Shown piece after piece: positions 39,101 to 52,962 of a stretch of DNA of 64,000 nt. Numbering within the stretch: position 1 is the first letter of the stretch; every line of letters starts with the position of its first letter. Both the position numbers and the translations under genes were made by a program. The DNA is from Camelus ferus (Eukaryota): assembly GCF_009834535.1 (NCBI RefSeq), contig NC_045697.1, forward strand, positions 33,792,001-33,856,000. Direction: 5' to 3'. Below the pieces are notes generated by a model. That model searched no databases. It saw only the letters and a list, made by a program, of their open reading frames with translations, and had not been told where the DNA came from.

Positions 39101-42100
39101 CTAAACTTTCATTCCAATGGCTCAAGAACAACTCTATTAGGTTGCCTTTAAAATCCCTTTGACTTTTATGAAGGATCTGTAATTGTCATTTTTATCCATC
39201 CCAAGGATGTACATTTTTATTCACAAAGGAACTTGGATAAGTTTTTTGGAAGAGAAAACTGGATTTAAAGCAGAAAACAAGGCATAGTGATAAATGGCAC
39301 ATTTTCTAGTTAGAAAGTAAATGGTGGTGCCAACTAAAGACCAACACTGAGGTCCATCTTACTAATTGATTAATTAATTAACTTACATTCAGAGAGAAGT
39401 TTGTAATAGTCAGTTTTGCAGCTGAGTTAAATCTGTCTTGGAGAAAAGTGTCAATTCAGTTGGCACAAATAACACTTTAATATTTATGCCACGCAAAAAA
39501 TCGAGCAAGAGTGCTAGCAGCTAATTTGGTCTTAGAGGAGGCTCCCCACACTGTGGAAGATTTAGGTCTACTCCAAACAGGAATCACTTCCTGGTCCTTC
39601 CACAGTCCAGTCTTATTCACCGGTGGCTGCCTAGGGTGAGAAAACATACTCCCCAACCCTGGCTTTGCTTTGTTGTATGTGACATCCTGTGGTAAGACTT
39701 AGTCTTTTGACTTCTCCATTTTGTATGACAAGCTCATAGACGTTGTTTCTCTTAGTGTAGTTTCCTGGGGTCTTAGCCCTAAAAGCTATTTGATAGCAGG
39801 GACTTTTGTGTAGTTCTGAAGATATTTTCTTAGTGCACCATAAAAACCTAAGAAAAAAAAAGAAATGTCATGCTAATAATATCTATAAAACACTGAGCCC
39901 AGTGATCGCTCTCTGATAGCCACAGATGAGCTGTGGAAACCCAAGTAATCCCTCTAAAATATCCATTTTAGAGATTATATCCAATTTTATGACTTTAAAT
40001 ATAACCATGCTGGTGACTTCCAAATATGTAACACTAGCCCTAACCCATCCATCATAGATTCAGTCCTTTATTCAACTGCCTGCTAGTCATTCCTAATTGT
40101 AAAAACAACTGATTCTCAAATGCAGTTTTCCAAAAATCAACTTATAACCTTTTTGTCCAAATTAGCATTTCTAGTGTTCTCCATTTCTGCTAATGGCACT
40201 ATGCAAGCACCAAAGTATGGAGTCATTATCGACACCTCACATATGTTTTTTTTCCCAACTATCTTCTGCTATCTTCAAATAAATACACTGAAATCACAAC
40301 TCTCTGAGGTCAACGCCTTAGGAAATGATTCACAAACTCCATGCTCTATAATTCATGGATTTTTGTTTGCCAGAACAGTCTTCAAGAAATAAATACGACC
40401 TCCAATGGTAAACATATATTCTACATAGGTGACAATCTGTAAACCAAATGCAACATCACACAGAAAGTAAGGGAACTGGAGTATAAATACAGACCCACCA
40501 GACTCTGAATGTAAGACCACCCTCGAGGTCATCATCACGTGCTGAATCTCAGAGCATGTAAACTGTTGTTTTGCCTTCCATAATTGGAAGGAGAAAAATA
40601 CCCATAGAAATATCTCAGCTTCCAGGGATTTGCCTCAAAACTATAGAATTAAGTCAACCCTTTGAACATTTTTGCATTTACATTGGTGAAGATTATTTGT
40701 TTTTCCCTCAGTGGCATTAACTTTCGTACGTCATTTTCAGTTATAGTAAATACAAGGAAAGACTTACAGAGTTTGCAGTTTGGTAGAGAGGATTTCTTCT
40801 TTTGATTTTTATGTCTCTCCTGAAGCTAGGGGCATGCTTGTTACCCCTCAGAATTTCCCACCTTAACACTCATATCTAAAGGGGGCAGATTGCCCGGCTG
40901 GTCTTAGTGGATTCAGCAGCTTCAATTAATTTTCAATATGGAAATAGCTTAAAATGAGTCACGTAAGTCACACAAGAAAGGTGGCACTTGAAAGTGTTGG
41001 CCCTCACCATTTCCCCAGTTGTTCTTCATTACATTATTCATAGTTGGTTGGATAAATCATACTATTATTCATCTTAAGCATTTTGCTGTTAAAAATAAGT
41101 GTCCAATTCCAGGATTTTATGGTTTCAATTGAAGAATTAATGTCCCATGGTGAATCTACAATAAACATATTTAATCTTCTCTCCCTTCATTATGAAACAC
41201 AAGATTACAAAAAAATAGCTATCAAATCCATTAGTTCAAAAATATTTCGCTGGCAATATAATAATGCTTCATAGGTGCCTGCTTTTCAAAAGGCTTTGAC
41301 ATGTGATTTGAATTTCCCTTTGGGTTGGGAATCTGTACATCTGTAATCAAACTGTCAGCTCTCCCAGGGTAAAACTCAATTCTGAGAAAAAAAAAAAACT
41401 TTTCCTTCTTTTTCCCCTGTCCCATTTGTTCTAAGGAAACTAACAAAGATGAACTACATGTATAATGCTTTTTAAAATTGGATTATTGGTTTCTTCCATG
41501 AAAAAAATTCAGTCAAATGTTTAAGGAGTCATGTAAGCAAAATAAAGAGGTGACTTATTATTGTTACTTTTTGTTTGCTAGACTTCAGACAGTGAGGGAA
41601 CAGGGAACAGGATGGGATTCTGAAGCAGCTGGGCTTTCTTAGTTGATCCTACCAAGAAAATCACTTACTTTTCTGCTCCTAGCTGGGTGGATCATCTGCA
41701 GTTATTCAGAGTTTTGAAGAATAAGCTGAACTAAAAGAAATGAGTCATGTCTTGAGAAAGGCAAAGTCCAAAATGCATTCTCCTCATTCGTGCAGGAGCT
41801 ATGTAGCAAGCATTTAACTCAATGCAGGAAACATGTCTCATCTTCAGAGAGATTCCTCAGGGAGGTGGTCGTCTTAGAATCTCATTTCTCAGCACTGTGG
41901 TTTCTCCCCCAAATGCTCATCACTCTGCGACTACGTTGCACATACTTTCTTTGGATTCGTTTTGTAGTGTGTGCTGTTTATCCTCAGTGACTGGTCCCCG
42001 GAGACTCGTTTCAGTGTAGCCTCTCAACTCTCAAATGGTAATATCCATTCTTATTTTTCATTCCTACATTGAATTCCACATTCTGTAATAGTGACAGATA

Positions 42101-43377
42101 TGATGCTGCCAAGAGAGATCAGAGTCATATTTATCTTCTCCTTGGAGACCTTATTGCATTATTTAGTATGATGAGGTCTTCTCATTTGTGCTGCTTTGCA
42201 CCTTATTGGGTCTCAAAGTCCTGGCGGGTCCACTCCAATCTGATGTGACGCTGCTGATAGCATTTGAACTGCATCACATTAAGAGGCACTTGTAAGCCAT
42301 TTATACAAAATTCTACTAAGGACAGAGCAAAAACCAGACACGGTCATTTTCTCAAAAGGATTTTTCCAGTCCTGAGCTATTCCCATCAGATTTCCGGTGA
42401 CTCCTTCAGGTCAAGCTTGAAGCAATGTCTTTTTTTGACAAGCCAGAGATTAATTTATTGCTTGGTGTTTTTGCTGACACAATGGAAACCTGTTTCCACC
42501 AGAAAAATACTATGCCTTTCTTTGGAAATGTGGCTTACCTAGAATGTTCTTTGACAGTATGTATATTTTAAATGCCAATTTGTGACAGCTCAGTGAAACA
42601 GATGAGGCAATTTATTTTAAATTATTTATGTGACAGGACTTGATTTAAATATTTACGTATACCCCAGGAAGATTACAACATTTTAACCTATCTTCCGCTA
42701 AAGCAGTGTTTTCTAACTCTTTCCATAACATTCAGGAGATTTCCTTATTATCCTTCTAATTCTGATAGAAATTGGGTATGGAAAAAATACTCTTCTGGAA
42801 GTCAGGAGACTTGGTGTTCTCATAGCAAGCAGTAAGTCCCGGAGCATATCTCTTCAGCTCTTTCTGTCTTGGTCTCCTCACCTACTGGTAATCTTACACA
42901 GTCCACGTCATCAGATACCAATGGTAGGACACTGATGACTGAAATTTCTGAAACCAATATCTCCAATGGATGTGAAGAGAATGTTTCAAATTCTACACAT
43001 ACCAAATCTTGAGTTTACCTCAAACCTCTTCTTCCCTCAGTGTTTTCGATTTCAAAACACTTCATAAATTTCAAAAACACTTCTAAGATATGTCACCACC
43101 TTTGGCTCAGTCACCTGGGCCAAAAATCTTGGAGTCACGGATGATTCTATCATACTTCACAGCCAACCCATCCACAAATTCTGTCAGTTAGACCCTGAAA
43201 TGTATCCCAGATTTGATCACCCTCACCACATTCCTGACTACCACCCGTATCCAAGCCCTATCGTCTCCTTTCTGAATCAGCGCAAAGCCTCCTAACTGAT
43301 TTCCCAGCTTCCAGTCTTGCCGCCCTCATATCCATTCTCAATACAGAAGCCAGAGGGCTGTTTCCAAAATACTTCTC

Positions 43378-43711
43378 GATTTTTAAAAAATTTTTTTATT
43401 GAATGAAAGATTCTTTAAATTCTATAGTGCTTCACAGTTTTCAAAAGTTTCACACAAATGATTTCATATAATCCCATAATAACTCTTTTTCTCCCTACCC
43501 CTTTGTTGCCCCCCTTCCTCTTCCCACTGGTAACCCCTAGTTTGTTCTCTGTTGCTGTAAGTCTGCTTCTTTTTTGTTTTATTATAAAAAAGAATGAAAT
43601 TTTTCCATTTGCAGCAACATCATGGACTCGGAGAGCATTATATGAAGTGAACTCAGTCAGACAGAGAAAGGCAAATACTGTATATAACTTATACGTGGAA
43701 TCTTAAAAAAA
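43378..43711 (-). mobile_element. 5'-inverted (twin-primed) L1 with internal MIR-like filler
   Basis: Near-TSD aaaatacttctc (43366-43377) / aaaacacttctc (43712-43723); antisense 3'UTR part up to ~43582, sense part from ~43583. Confidence 0.75.
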
Positions 43712-43914
43712 AAAACACTTCTCTACTTAAAACCCTTTGATGGTTTCCTCTCTTACTTAGACCAAAACGCAGAGACCTTATACTAGTTTCTAAGGCTCTA
43801 AGGAATCTCCCTGGCAACCCCTCTCATCTCTCATCTTTCTCCCTTACTCACCTTTCTCGAGCCCTGCTGACCTCCACCCATGCAGGTGCTGAACATGCCA
43901 GGCACCTTCTCCAG

Positions 43915-44456
43915 TCAGGGTCTAACAGGTGCTGTAAGCCTGACACGTACAATTTGGGGGGATGCTTTTTAAGAAAGAGAATACAAAAATTGGATGTAAA
44001 TGTGAATACGTGGATTAAAAAACAAACCTCTGTAATTTACAAATTTCGATAAACTGACAAACAGCCTAATGGTATTTTTATTCAGGAACTGACTGCTATG
44101 CCTCAGTACAAAGAAGGTATACTTGAATTCTTCTAGGGAGAAGCTGGCAGTAGCTTAAATAAAAAGCAAGCTGCAACCCACCTAAATCCACTAAAACCGA
44201 ACAGGAATAAGTCTCTTCATGATCCTAACAATGCCACTGGCTACTCCAACACTACCTGACAGGCAGGAGGGAAGTGTGATGAAAGGAAGAGTAAGAGTGG
44301 AAAGAGGCAGCAGACATAACCAACTGTGGTTAACATCCTGCCTTGTGCAAATCTCTTAAGGAATGTATGACCCTGTGGACAAAGGCCCGTCCCAGGGGTC
44401 TTAAATAAGTGGTCTTATAGCTTCAGCTCATTAGCTTGAAGGTGGGACTGCCTCTG
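43915..44456. mobile_element. hAT-Tip100-like DNA transposon remnant (Arthur-like)
   Basis: Right end agcttcagctcattagcttgaaggtgggactgcctctg resembles a recalled hAT-Tip100 terminus; family name uncertain. Confidence 0.5.
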
Positions 44457-46982
44457 GCCTCTGCATTAGCTTTTCCCCTTCCTGGAATGTTATGCCCGGC
44501 ATTTGGTTCTCTGTTTAAATGTTCCTACTTCAGTTTGGTCTTGCTCTGTCTTCTAACTAAAGCAACATCCCTATCACTCTCTTCTCTTCCTCTTCCGTAT
44601 TTTTCTTCATAGCATTTCTCAACCTAATATTATATTATCTGCCTACTTGTTTATTTACTCCTCATTTGCACCCCCTGCTAGAATGGCAGGACTATGATGG
44701 CAAAGACTTTTTTTTTTGCTCACAGATGCATCTTGAGAGTCTAGAACAGTTTTTGGTGTGTAATAGGTGTTCAGTAAATATCTATTGGATGAAATAATGG
44801 ACACATTATCTCTCGAAATGTTTGAGAAGGCCAATGGGATTAGGGTATTTGAAAACGGTATGAGAACAGAAAGGTCTCATTGTTATAAAGACATTAGTGA
44901 TTTAGTTTGGCATCGCCAGGAAGCCGGCTTCCTTACAGAAAGGATATTTAATTGGGTGATACACAGGAAGGACTTTGGCAGTGCAGGGAGCGATTTGGCT
45001 GGGTTTTAATTACGAATTTGTTAAAATTGGCTTGTACTCGGTGAAGTGGTTTGAATGCCGTTCCCGTGGTTTTACCTCACCACTGGGAAAAACTGGTGAC
45101 ATTTTAAATGGCAGTAGATGTTGGAAAGACAAATGGCATATTAAAACCCACACACCAGCGTGCAATGCTGTCTCAAACCAACAACAACCCTTCTTAATAA
45201 AAACAATGTTTCATCTCTTACATAATAAAGTGGTTTTTTTCCCCCTTGCACTCAAATGGGCACTATTTCATGCTGACATGTGATTTTTTTTTTCCCCTTT
45301 AGCAAAAGTTGGAAAACTGCCTCCTTGTTGAAGCTATGCAGTTTCTCAGTTCTCCCAGGATAGCTAGGCAGTTCGTCCCTCACAGTGACAGCTCCATTCA
45401 CAAAGTGACATCATAAAAACATGAAGGAAGAAAAGGAAGTATTGTGCAAAGAACTTTAAGACAAGAGGAAAACAAACCCTTTGGATATTTCAGAATAGAA
45501 TCCCAAAGTGTGGTGAATGGTGGTGTCTTGAAATTTCCCTCTTTTAAATTCCTCTTGATGTGAGAACTCCAAATTGTTGGGTGCAGTCAAAGTTTGCCAG
45601 TCTTCAAGTTCGCCAAACGCTGAATAACTCCTGCAAACTGAACAACGGATGGTTCTTGTACTTTGTTATCTCTAGGCTAGAAATGAGGGAGGGTAGGATG
45701 GCCCCATCCGAAATACAAATGAGTGAAGCCACTGATAAGCCTGGGACCTCAGAATTATTTAAGCTTGGAAAAACTAGTTAACCGTAATAAAAATTGACAT
45801 TCAAAAAGTAGCATTTATCTATTTAATTATTTTTTAAAAAGTTTTTTGGGGGAGGGGGAAGACACAATAGGTTCCAGATTGTTTGTTAGTTATGTGTCTC
45901 TACTGTGTGTTAGGGTAAGTGTGTTCAGTGGCTGAGACTTGTGTCTCAACAAAGTGCCTTCTGTTCTGAGCCACCCAATTTAATAAATCAGCTCTGAGGT
46001 GTATGAATCAGATCTCAAGGCCCTGAGAGCATTTGCTTAGGTGTCCTGAAGAAATAAGGCCTGGATTTGGGAAGGTGAAATGATTAACAGGGAGAGATGC
46101 CAAGACCCACCTTCCTCCAAAAAATGATGATTTCTCCAAGTTTACCTTCTTATCACTCTGGATTTTTGTTCCAATATAATCTCTTCTAGAAATTTTACCT
46201 TCTTTCCTCCCACCCCCATTTTTGGAGAACTCATAGAATTTCCCTATGTGAGATTAATTTAGATCAGCATTGAACCAGGAAATCTGGCATGAAATAGAAC
46301 TCCACTCCTCCCAAACTAATATTTTCCTCTTCCTGTTACCCCCTGTGAAAAGCATCACTAATCTTCCTAAACCCTCCAGACATCATAGTGTTGTCATCAA
46401 GCCCCTTTTCCCTTCAATCCTCAATTATCTATTTTCAACATGTTTCTCAAATCTGTCTTATTTCTACCTCCTAATTGAGGCCTTCATTCTTCCTCTTCAA
46501 AAATGAAATTATTTTCTGATTATTCCCATGAATTCTGTTCAGTCCTTCAATGTACTCTCCAATCCAGTCTTCCATTGAAAATGCATATCTGTTGAAAAGC
46601 CTCTCCAGAGTCACGTTATATCACTTATATTCTACACTCTTCAGTCAACATTCAGTAGTTTCTACAGTTTGACCCTCACCTACTTGTCTGGTCATATTTT
46701 CTTCTTCACTCCAGTTTATACACTCAGGAACCAAGCTCTCTAGCCAGGTCTGTTGGCCTTGTTCCTAAGCTGCTTCTGTGCTTTCTATGTGCTCTTCTGA
46801 CTAGAAAGTTCTTCCCATGCCTGTCCATCAAAATCCTCCACACGGCCACCTTTTTAGGATCTTCCATTTCCCCTTTGAGAAAAAAAAATCTTTCTCTATT
46901 TTGCATTGCCAATTTTATCTCTAATACAGTCCCACTTCTCTCTTTCTCTTTAAAACATAAATTCTTCTTTAGTTTGCTGAGA

Positions 46983-47248
46983 TTTTTATTTTTTATTTAT
47001 TTGTATTTTAAAAAATTTTTATTGAAGTATGGTTGATTTTACAATGCTGTGTTAGTTTCTGGTGTACAGCAAAGTCATTCAGTTGTACACACATATATAC
47101 TTTTTCATATTCATTTCTGTTATGGTTTATTACAGGAAGTTGAATACAGTTCTCTGTGCTGTACAGTAGGACTTTGTTGTTTACCTATTTTATATACAGT
47201 AGTTTGTATCTGCTAATCCTAAACTCCTAATTTATCCTTTCCCCATCC
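46983..47248 (-). mobile_element. 5'-truncated lineage-specific L1 3' end
   Basis: T-rich tail + ttattgaagtatggttgatttt...ctgtgctgtacagtagga...tttgtatctgctaatcc. Confidence 0.9.
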
Positions 47249-47249
47249 T

Positions 47250-48730
47250 ACAACAAACATCTTAAATATGTTGACTATACCCACTACCTCCAGTTTCTCT
47301 CACACATTTCCTTTTGAACTCATTAAAATGACTCTACTACTCCCAAGGCAACTCACATGTGGATCAACAAAAACTTCCGCGTTGCTCTGTGTACTGGTCT
47401 ATTCTCAGTCGTCTTACTCAGCAAAAATATTGCATTTGCCATTCTTCTTGAAACATCTTATCCATTTGCCTCCCAGGATACCACTCAGTGTAGGTTTCTC
47501 CATACCTTGTCAACCACTCCTTCTAGTTCCCTTTGCTGTTATTCATTTTCTGCTAACTTCTAAACTTTGGATTATCCCAGGGGCCATTTTTCAAATCTTT
47601 GCATTTTTCAACCTACTCCTTGAGTGACTTCATCTATTCTAATGTCGTTAAATAACTTCATTCTAAGGACTCCACGTCAGAGATCTCAAGCATGAATTCC
47701 AGACTCTTTACTCAACTACCACTTGATATCTCCATATAGAAGTCTAATATGCATCTTAATTTTAATATGTCCGAAAACGAATCCTGATTCCTAACCCCCA
47801 TTGTGACCTAGACTTTACTCCCACATATTTTTTTTTATCTCAGAAAGAAACAGCATCATTCTTCTAATTGCTCAGATCGTCCATTTAACGGGACCATCCT
47901 TGCTTCTACATTCCATGTCAGATCCCTCAGCATGTCCTTAATGCTCTGCCTTCCTACTATGTTCAGAGTCAGATCACTTCTCACATCCACTGTTACTGTG
48001 TATTCTGGATTATGGCACAAACTTCTGGACTAATTTCTTTTTTTCTGTACTAAACGTCCACAATCTATCATACTCAACAAAGCAGCCAGAGCAATCCTCC
48101 TAAACCCCAAGTCAGGTCATGCTCCTCTTTTTCTCCCACATTTCAGTGGTTTGCGTTTTCAAAACTCAAAATAAAATTCCAAACTTTAGCTTGGCCAACA
48201 AAATATTTCTGGCTGGAGCTACTTTCCTGATCTCACCTTTTCTCACTCTCCCTTATATTGCTGTGGCCCCAGTCACACCTGCCTCCTTTCTGTTCCTCAG
48301 ATATTCCATGCACTCCCATCACAAGACCTTTCTACTAATTTTCTCCACCAGGAATCTGTGTATCCAGATTCCTGAATGATTTTCTCTCTCCTTTCCTTTA
48401 GGTTTCTGCTCCAATATCATTTTCTCAGTGAGGCTTTTCTTGAGCACCCTGTAGAAAACAGCACACTCTCCCCAACCAGCACCCTCCACTCCCTCCCAGC
48501 ATTCTTTATCCTCCTTATCTCGTTTTCACTTTATCAAATAGAACTTACCAAAACCTGAAATATTTTGTACTTTCTCATTTACCTGATTTCTTTTCCCATC
48601 TCTCCTCAATAGGCAACGCCAGCTCCAAGAGGACAGGGGTTTGTATCTATTCAGTTCTTTGCTGTATTCCCACTGCCTAGAACAGTGCCAAGTGTATGGA
48701 AGGCTGTCAATAGATATGTATTGAATGAAC
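47250..48730 (+). mobile_element. Long L2 fragment
   Basis: cttcttgaaaca...ccaggataccactc, aaagcagccagagcaatcct, 3' tail cctagaacagtgcc...caatagatatgtattgaatgaa. Confidence 0.8.
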
Positions 48731-48786
48731 TCTTTTCCATGTTTATATTTTCAACTCTCACGTCAACTAGTGGAAACATTTTTTTA

Positions 48787-48832
48787 TAAATAAATATAAA
48801 TATAAATATAAATATAAATATAAATATAAATA
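48787..48832. repeat. (ATAAAT)n hexanucleotide microsatellite
   Basis: Read directly. Confidence 0.9.
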
Positions 48833-51800
48833 ATATCCCATTGTTCAGCAAAGCATAAAATTCCTCTTCTATTTTAATTGGGTGATGAGGATGAAGGGGA
48901 TGATGAAGCTGATGTTAGATATCTTGAGAACCATTATGTGCTTGTAAATTACCTTAAATATCTCCATGACTTCGTAAAGTCATTGCAATCTCTTAGTCAT
49001 CAATTAAAGAACATGTTGAAGTGGTACAATGCAAAGAGTCATCTTGACTAGGTGGAAACCGAGTATATTTTCCTGCTTTGAACAAGCTTCAAATTTCTCT
49101 TTTATGTTGTGTCCTCTTAAGCAAACTTTGACTCTTAAGTATGTTTATTCAATCAGAAGATTGTTATTATACGGCAGTGCCTAAGGGCGGTGTCTCTCTG
49201 GGGTTTTACCATTTTAAACAACTGATGACATTTACCATAGAGATTATACATGGATTACACTTCTGGAAAATATGTTGTTGAGGGTTTCCTTTGGTAACAC
49301 AGTCTAAGGAAAAAAGTTAAGGGTTTAATATTTTATAACTCACAGCAGGTTACACATTCAAGCTAAATATGTTTTAGTAGCAATGCATTAAGCTACCAAA
49401 GGCCATAGCAACCAGAGAAAAAAATAAATGTTAGTTTGCTACAATAACTCCCAGCAGAGTCTGTAAACAGCATCATAAAGGAATATCCTATTTTATTTCT
49501 GCAGTATTTAGCTAAATACAACTTTTACTATATGGTATCATATTTGATAGTAGCTCTCTAATGTCTCCCTGAAAATGTAAGTTTGCATAATGATCAGGCA
49601 ATGCTATAAACTTTAATCTACTTATATATTCTTGGTCCTAAGAATGATCCTGTAGCACTTGGTGACACTGTACCACATTCAAAGAAAATACTTATGGATT
49701 TAGTAAGCCGGTTTCTGTTTTCTCTTGTGATAGATTTCTTGAAATCAGTGTTATTTATGTGTTGCCACTAATTTAATTAAATTAACATTCAGAAATTATA
49801 CAGTCAATTTGGCAGTACTTTAAGTTAATGTAACAATTTATCTGGCATTGTTAATGCGATTTTAAACGCTGACATGTCACCGTTATTGAGTATTTACTAA
49901 ACATTTCTGTTGTTTAGCACACTTACAATGTTGTCTTCTTAATTTAGACAGTTCTTACTATAAACCTATACACTGTGACTTATTAGAAAGGCTAGCACTA
50001 CACAGATACTTAGAGCTAATTTCAGAGTGTCCAGAATTGGATTAAATACAGATTCTTTATGGCAACAGCTGTTTTAACTGCCTAGACTGCTTCTCTTACT
50101 CTTTGAAAATTAATAGGTATCTCTGAGTTTCTTTTTTTTTAATTTTGGAATTATCATTAATTTCAAGCTATCATTGGATTATTTCAAAATTATATAGCAT
50201 ATGTGTAAGATAAATTTTTCTTCAGATATGTTTTATAAACAACATTGTCCTTGCCAAAGATTTTTAATGGTATTTTAACAATGGTCTCTGTGGAAAAGTC
50301 AGACAATGAATGCTTTTTCTATAGAAGCACATCTTCACAAGCAAATATGCTAAACAATAGTGTATTTTTTAAATGCCTGTATAAAAAGGAACCAAATTAA
50401 AGAACATACTCAATGGGCTCAAAAATACCTTTGAATATTTTTGTCTGAAAGTGGCACAAATTAAAATTAATGTATTTTGTAGCTCCTAGAAAATAGACCC
50501 TCCCTGTAGCATGTAAAGCTAAAGTTGGATTTCTTCACATTAACTGTTATAAAATACTTGCTGAAAGACACCAAATAAAGAGACAGGGACTGCCGGGGCA
50601 GAGCTGTGGGAGGCAGGGCATTTTCTGTAACATAAGGCTACAAATATGACATTTCTCATGGAATTCTTGTGACAATTAAGCCAAATCATGGATATAAAGT
50701 GCCTAGAATGGCACTTGGTGCATAAGAAGTGCCCAATAAATGTTAGCTACTGTTAGAATATTATTACTGCTATGACTGGGGCATACACAACATGCCAAAA
50801 CTGTTCAGAGGCAGGAGTAACTAACATAAGGAAGACTTCAGACGAGGTGACATTTGAGCCTTATCTAAACAGGCATATACAGTTGTCACGTAAAGATGGA
50901 AAGGAGCTAAAGCTGGAAGAATTATAATTACCAATGAGGATGCAATTAATTGAATTTTAAGCCACTTATCTTTTCTGTGCACCATACCAAAAGTAACTAA
51001 ATGGCAGATGTGGTACTAGGAAAATCTCAGGATTATCTCAGCATTTAAGGGCAAATCACCTAAAATATCTGTGTTACTGAAATGGAGGAATTTCCTTCCT
51101 CCCTTGCCAAGGTCTGGTGAGGAAGAGCTGTTTTTAGAGCAAGTTTCTTCCAAAATTAAAAATGGCTTCCATGAGGATTTTCACTGCCAATGTGAGGCTG
51201 TATATGTCGTTTCTGTTTCACGGAGGAGCCACAAGCATGCAGAAATGAAATAGGTTGAAATCAGAGAGCAGGAAAAACTGCAGGGATTATTCCTGTTGTG
51301 GCAGCAAATCAGAAGCATCCTGTGATTTATTTTTTTTTTCCCCTTCAGTTTCTGACCCAAGCAAAGTAGCACCCGGATTCCACAGGTACCAGCTGAACTG
51401 GCTTTTGCAAATGTTATGAGAATTTAAACTTAACTGAAATATACTCAAATTTAGAGACACCTACATGATGCTAGGATAGTCGTTAATTTAGTGGTGCAGT
51501 TAGAAGTAAAGCCTGCAGTCCAAGCAGAGTTGTTCTCGTGAATGCCAGGGCTGAATAGGCAGTCGATACCTGGTCTTTTGTCTGTCACAACGGGGGAATC
51601 AAACAAATGAATCACGTGTTCAATCTCTCCAAAATAATGAGTGAAGGATGAAGTTTGCATCCCATCCTTCTAGCGAGCATGTTTGTGATATATAGAGAAT
51701 TCTTTTAGATGTGATATTTTTATGTCTATTTCACTAACAAGGGAATTTATCTTTTTGAAGATGTTTGTTCCTCACAGAAACCCTTATTTGCCACACCAAT

Positions 51801-52559
51801 ATGAAATCCTATGAAATCATAGAAAAATATGTGAAAGCAACCTAAGTAAAAATGGAGGGGAAATTCAGCACATCTATGGAAGCATCTAATGGCAATGGAT
51901 AATTAATATTATTGAAATTGGGATTTCCAAGGCTTTGTCACCTCCCTTTTCTAAAAATCCAGGAATCACTGAGACCTGGCAACCTAGACCCCCATGGAAC
52001 CCGCCTGGGTCAATCCAGAAATGGGTCTATAGCCATAGACGAACATCCCCCAGCTGGTGGGGTCCAGAATGAGTTTAACTCCTCTAACCTTTGTGTGGAT
52101 GGAGTAACGCCATGTTCTTGAGTGTTCACCAAGCCATAAACTTGCCTTCATCTCTACTCTGTTTCCCCACTGAGATATAGCCTTGTCTTGTTTCTTGGTT
52201 TATATTCTGGTTCCCCAGGAGGGACTGACAGTCTCCTTTGTCTGACTCCAGCAATGTAGGGCCTTGACCTCCTAGCCAAGCCTGGTCCTCCCTTTACTGC
52301 TCAAAGTCTATTGTCTGTCCTGGTTCCTTCAGCTGCTGGTATTCGTCTTGCTCCCATGAAGCTCTTGACCCAATGACCCACTTGCTTGGAGATTCCCACT
52401 GCTTTGTCTCAGGACTAGACCAGCTAGATGTCCCTTGAGTACAAACCAGCTTAGATAAAACAGGACTTCCATATGTTCTTTTAAATACAGACTCCAGGCT
52501 GTTCCCTTTGTGAGGCACTCCTACAACTGGACTGGTTTACCAGCCTGTCTAGGCTGTTG

Positions 52560-52962
52560 GTATCCAGCCTAAACCCCTTAGAGGAGGCTGGTGAATTCAT
52601 TCCCAAGCAACTAGGAATGTTGCTGCAAAGGCTCCCAGTGGCCCCCTTCTCTGGACAATTGCCCTTGTTCTGGTGGGGTTCTTGCCTGAGAGGTTACCAA
52701 CCACTCCCAGTGGCCAGCTGTCAATAATTTTAAAAAGGCAGCTTTCTGGCCACAAAGTGGGACCAACTCTCTTGTGCAATCTGTGTTCCAGGATGTGGGA
52801 CAGACTAAGGCTTTTCTCCACCAGAGATGACATACTTGCTTAGCTGTTTTTCCTAGCAGATTCCTGCTTCTCTTGCTGCCTTTCTGAGTACCTTCTCTTA
52901 AAAATCATTTTTCCAAGAAGCCCTATTTTAGGCTCTGCTTCTAAGGAAGCAGACCAAAGACA
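52560..52962 (+). mobile_element. LTR16-like ERVL solo LTR
   Basis: gggaccaactct...gactaaggcttttctc; end ggctctgcttctaaggaagcagaccaaagaca. Confidence 0.65.

Larger units (their letters stand above)
42930..44790 (+). mobile_element. L2 fragments interrupted by an L1 and a hAT element
   Basis: ggccaaaaatcttggagtcac, cctcctaactgatttcccagcttccagtcttgc, 3' tail tgttcagtaaatatctattggatgaa. Confidence 0.7.
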
